From positions 124,001 to 188,000 of the forward strand of contig AP026138.1 of assembly GCA_030295235.1 (NCBI GenBank): 64,000 bases of DNA, written 5' to 3'. Below, piece after piece: positions 60,468 through 64,000 of this stretch. The stretch comes from Fistulifera solaris. Taxonomy: Eukaryota. A program made the position numbers and the translations under genes. The first letter of the stretch is position 1, and the number at the start of each line of letters is the position of its first letter. Under the pieces are notes generated by a model. That model saw only the letters and a program-made list of their open reading frames with translations. It had not been told where the DNA came from and made no database searches.

Positions 60468-60736
60468 GGTAGTAATTGAATAATTAGTATTCGAGATTGT
60501 GGGAGGATATTAGATACTAGTCGAGAGAAATGATAATAATGTAATGATTAGCAATGAATCTTTCAATAGTCAATGAAAACAATGCCGCGTCGTCACGCGC
60601 AATCAGCAGCGGCCATTGGATAGCAATGCCGGATGCGATCATGACTGTAAGCGAACAAGTACTAGCAATCAAGATTACTGTCACACCAGTTTTAGTTTAA
60701 GGTGACGCGTCACACGGCGCAGGAATCTAGCTTCTT

Positions 60737-61946
60737 CTACTTTTCATCGCCAACTTGTTGTTGTTGAATTTCCCACGCATCATTGATGACATCCCACAAC
60801 AATTTTAGCAAACAGGTTTGTTCCGTACTCATATCCCGAGGCCACTTGTCGGGATGCAAAAAGAATCGGACATGCTTCATGTTGCTGCGCTTTTGCGGCC
60901 ATGTGTCAAAATAGGCGTGATGTGCCACGAGGGCAAAATTGTGATGCAACGTCGGTAGCAATTGCGACAAATCCCGAAGGCATTGGTAGGCCGGCGGTCG
61001 TAAGGCCCAGTCCCGCGTCACGCGTTCTTTCAATTGGGCCGGTGTCAAGCAGGGCGTTTTCTGTGATGTTGTTGTTGTTTTGAGATCCGGTGGAGCACTG
61101 GAACTTCGATGCAGTGATTGTGCTTTCAAAGGGGGGAGTGGGAAGTGGACTGGGTCGAACGGGTTGCGAGACGGGGGCGCTGTGGATGCGGGTGGCTGGA
61201 ACCGCTGCCGGTCGATGCATCGTCGCCGGGGGCTGCATGGCGGGCGAAGAATACTGAGGCGGGCGATTGTTCCAGGAAGGTTGCGGATAATGTTGAGGAT
61301 AATGATAATGTTGTTGTGGAAATGTTGATTGTTGCGGGTGCGGAAAATTGCGATGTTGAAGATGTTGTGAATGATGAAAATTAGGTGGTGGCTGCTGGTG
61401 ATGCAAGGGACGCTGCTGATGCAAAGGCAGAATCGGTTGCGAGACTCGTGGCATCGGTCTGACAGGGTCATCAAACGAAATCAGATTGTTGTCTTCTGGA
61501 ACTTGTGGAATCGTTGGCGTGGTTGTTGTTTGCAACAATTGCCCCACGAGACGAAGGGTCGAGACCCAATTTCGTGCCGCCTCACGATTTCGTGGACATC
61601 TCAACACAATGTCGTCTTCTGCTGCTGCCAAGCGAATTACAAACCGATGTTCTCCCGCGGACAAAGCATCGTCCTCGTTGAATTCGACCTGCCCCACCGC
61701 TTCGATGGGAAATTGATGCAACGTTTGCCGTGTTTCCGCTCGTTGAATTATGACAATGGGTGATCCCTGTTTCATCAGTGATACGAGAACCGGTTTCCAG
61801 ATACGCGTTAATTTCGAACGACGCAATTGTTCTAAAGTTCCTTGGGCAATGAACTGACTTTCGGGAGGAAAGGTTTGAAAGTAATGTTGCGACGAAGCAG
61901 ATTTTTGTGAAGATGACAACCAGTCGTCGTCATTCCTGTGATTCAT
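60737..61946 (-). CDS. PH-like domain + Pro/Gln-rich linker + C-terminal auxilin-type J-like domain protein
   Basis: N-terminal PH-like (QGTLEQLRRSKLTRIWK...LRCPRNREAARNWVSTL) and a DNNLISFDD motif. After a frameshift near 61040 come WALRPP...LRDLSQLLPTL...RFFLHPDK...LWDVINDAW. Confidence 0.65.
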
Positions 61947-62391
61947 TCTCTCGCTTCTCGAACGAAAAGACTGTTGCGTCTGTTGCTCGAGGAAGAGAGA
62001 AATCAAGGAAGGAACTATCAATGGAATACTTGTAGCTGTTACTACGTATGATTGATGTTGTCGTTTGGTTTATGTTTTTGTTTTGTTTTTCGTCGCAACA
62101 AATAATAGACTATAAATAGAGGGGCGAAACAAGACTGATTTTCCGTTGAAACATCGAGGTACACTCAAGTGCTATAGTCTTATTCCACGTAACCTGAACC
62201 TTACGACCGACAGCTAAAAAAGCGGTGCACTTTTTTTGCGTTGCAGGTTGCAGCACAATTAAACAAAGAAGCATAATCAACAAGGATCCTTTGACATTCA
62301 TAACATTCGTTCGTCTTTCTTCTCATTCTTCTATTATTTCTTGTTCTCCCTGTTTCACTTTTTCCTTCGCGAAGCGAAAAGAGCATTCATC

Positions 62392-64000
62392 ATGAGTACG
62401 AACAAGAAGAAACACGATACTATTATGCACCGCAACGAATCCATTTTACGCTGTCAAGAACAGATTCGGACCTTACGACACCAACTGCAACAACACAAAC
62501 GGGCTTGGAAACAGCATTATACTACAACTGCCCTCCGAAGGATCGGAGGAGATGCCTGGCTGGATTTGTCGATGAAAGAACAAATCTCGAAATCGAATTT
62601 GTTGCTTCTCTTGCAGAAAGAAAACGAAGCTTTGCCGTATCCCCTTGGCGGCAGTCACTTTTGGACGCAGCAATTGCCATCGCATTTACAGAGTGATAAA
62701 GAGTTGTGGCTGGCACGCTTGAAACGACCGGAATTGGGTTGTTTGAGCGAAGTGTGTGGCATAACGTTACCCGAGTCGTTGCTGCACGATCGCGATGTGG
62801 TGATCGCGGCCGTTCGGGCGTGTCCCAAATTCTTGCTAGAATGGGAGACTTTGGCTGTAGCAGAATCCTTCTGGGACGATCGGCGCGTGTTTCAGGCCTT
62901 GTTAGAAGCCCAAGGCCGTCGTGATCCTTATGTGCGACTCTTTTCGGTATCTTTGCGCAGTGACGCGGAACTCATGTTAGAGGCGCTGCGGCAGGGCATT
63001 CGTGTGTTTGAAGTCTTGCCGAAAGCCCTGCGGAATTCCAAATCATTTGCGTTGCAAGCTGCGGCTATTTTACAAACGTCGAGTCATAAATCGTACGGAC
63101 TAAAATCTCTCAAGGCTTTTTCGCCGCGCTTAAAGGCCGATTTGGAGGTGGTACGAGCGTTTTGTCAAGCCGATGGTACGTCACTGGCATGTGCATCGTA
63201 TGCGGCACGTCGGAATCTCGACATTGTGCGGACGGCGTGTTTCCAAGAACCGACGGCTTTTGTGTATTGTGTCAAAGGAAGGACACGGACCAAGCTCAAT
63301 CAGCATCCTTCGTTTTGGTTGGAAGTGCTGCAGCGCGCTCAAGTTTTGTGTGAATGTTCCCTGACGGTCGTCAACGGCAAACTTGTTTTGGATCCACGCA
63401 TTGCGTTATGGGATCGATTATGGGAGAATATGCCACAGAACATTCGGACGAACCGCGAAATTGCTCTGCTCCTGCTCGAAAAAGCACCCTCGAGTAGTCG
63501 GTATCGGTCACTCCCGTTATCGGTCTGGTCGGAACCGTCCTTTTGTTGCAAGTCGCCAAAATGGGTCGATTGCATTCATTGCCCGTGGCGGACAATATGG
63601 AACTGGGTCTCATGCCATATCTCCATTTGGATTTTTGTTGTCAGCTGGTGTCGCACGAGTACCTGTGTCCCCATGTCGTCCAAGCGATGATGCACCAGCT
63701 CCCTACGGCGGCATCTCAACGGCGTTTTTGGGAATCTTGGAATCCGAGCCAAATGGAGGAAACCTTGGAATTTATTTGGGAGCAAATGCCCGAAGACATT
63801 CTGAACGATAAAGCCATTATGATGAAATTTGCAAAATGCGACGAAGCGGCGGAGCATTTGGCGCGTATTATTTTATGGGAACCCGAAGATCGAGATATTT
63901 TGGAGCAATTGTTGCGCACGTATCCCGAGGCCCTCGAGGAAGTTCCCAATCACATCCAAGAGCTCTATCCGGATCTAATTGCTCAGTGCATTGCGGATTT
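62392..64000 (+). CDS. DUF4116-like repeat protein (3' partial, frameshifted)
   Basis: Repeated units LHDRDVVIAAV, LRSDAELMLEAL, LKADLEVVRAFC, RRNLDIVRTAC and IRTNREIALLLL. Coding-like sequence continues past a frame break near 63545 to the window end. Confidence 0.7.

Overview
Gene-dense eukaryotic nuclear DNA, most consistent with a pennate diatom. Evidence for this is the short 58-225 nt GT-AG introns, bipartite ASAF-type plastid-targeting leaders and uncharacterised protein families that look diatom-specific; the taxon is inferred. About 30 protein-coding genes are supported. They include eIF2B-epsilon (partial), an ISWI remodeller with an N-terminal HMG box, Peter Pan/SSF1, plastid 3-isopropylmalate dehydrogenase, a VIT1/CCC1 transporter, an ankyrin-pseudokinase, condensin CAP-H, Grx3/PICOT, a MAG-lipase-like hydrolase, an HSPA13-like Hsp70, mitochondrial Rieske ISP, GLDH, an EGF membrane protein, a TALE homeobox factor, TGS1 and a DUF4116-like repeat protein. 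There is also one intron-containing elongator tRNA-Met. Many genes are broken by single-base indels at or near homopolymers, most likely sequencing or assembly error. The most unusual non-coding signals are (i) a ~600 bp intergenic patchwork at 35375-35971 built from many different 7-bp units, each tandemly duplicated, echoed by smaller 7-bp doublets in other intergenic DNA, and (ii) a ~1.1 kb element next to the tRNA with long imperfect inverted termini made of palindromic ~20-bp subrepeats. Protein-level oddities are the HMG-ISWI-Cys-motif-winged-helix-like architecture and a tandem paralogue pair in which one copy lacks the zinc-finger. All product calls come from motif recognition; no database searches were run.
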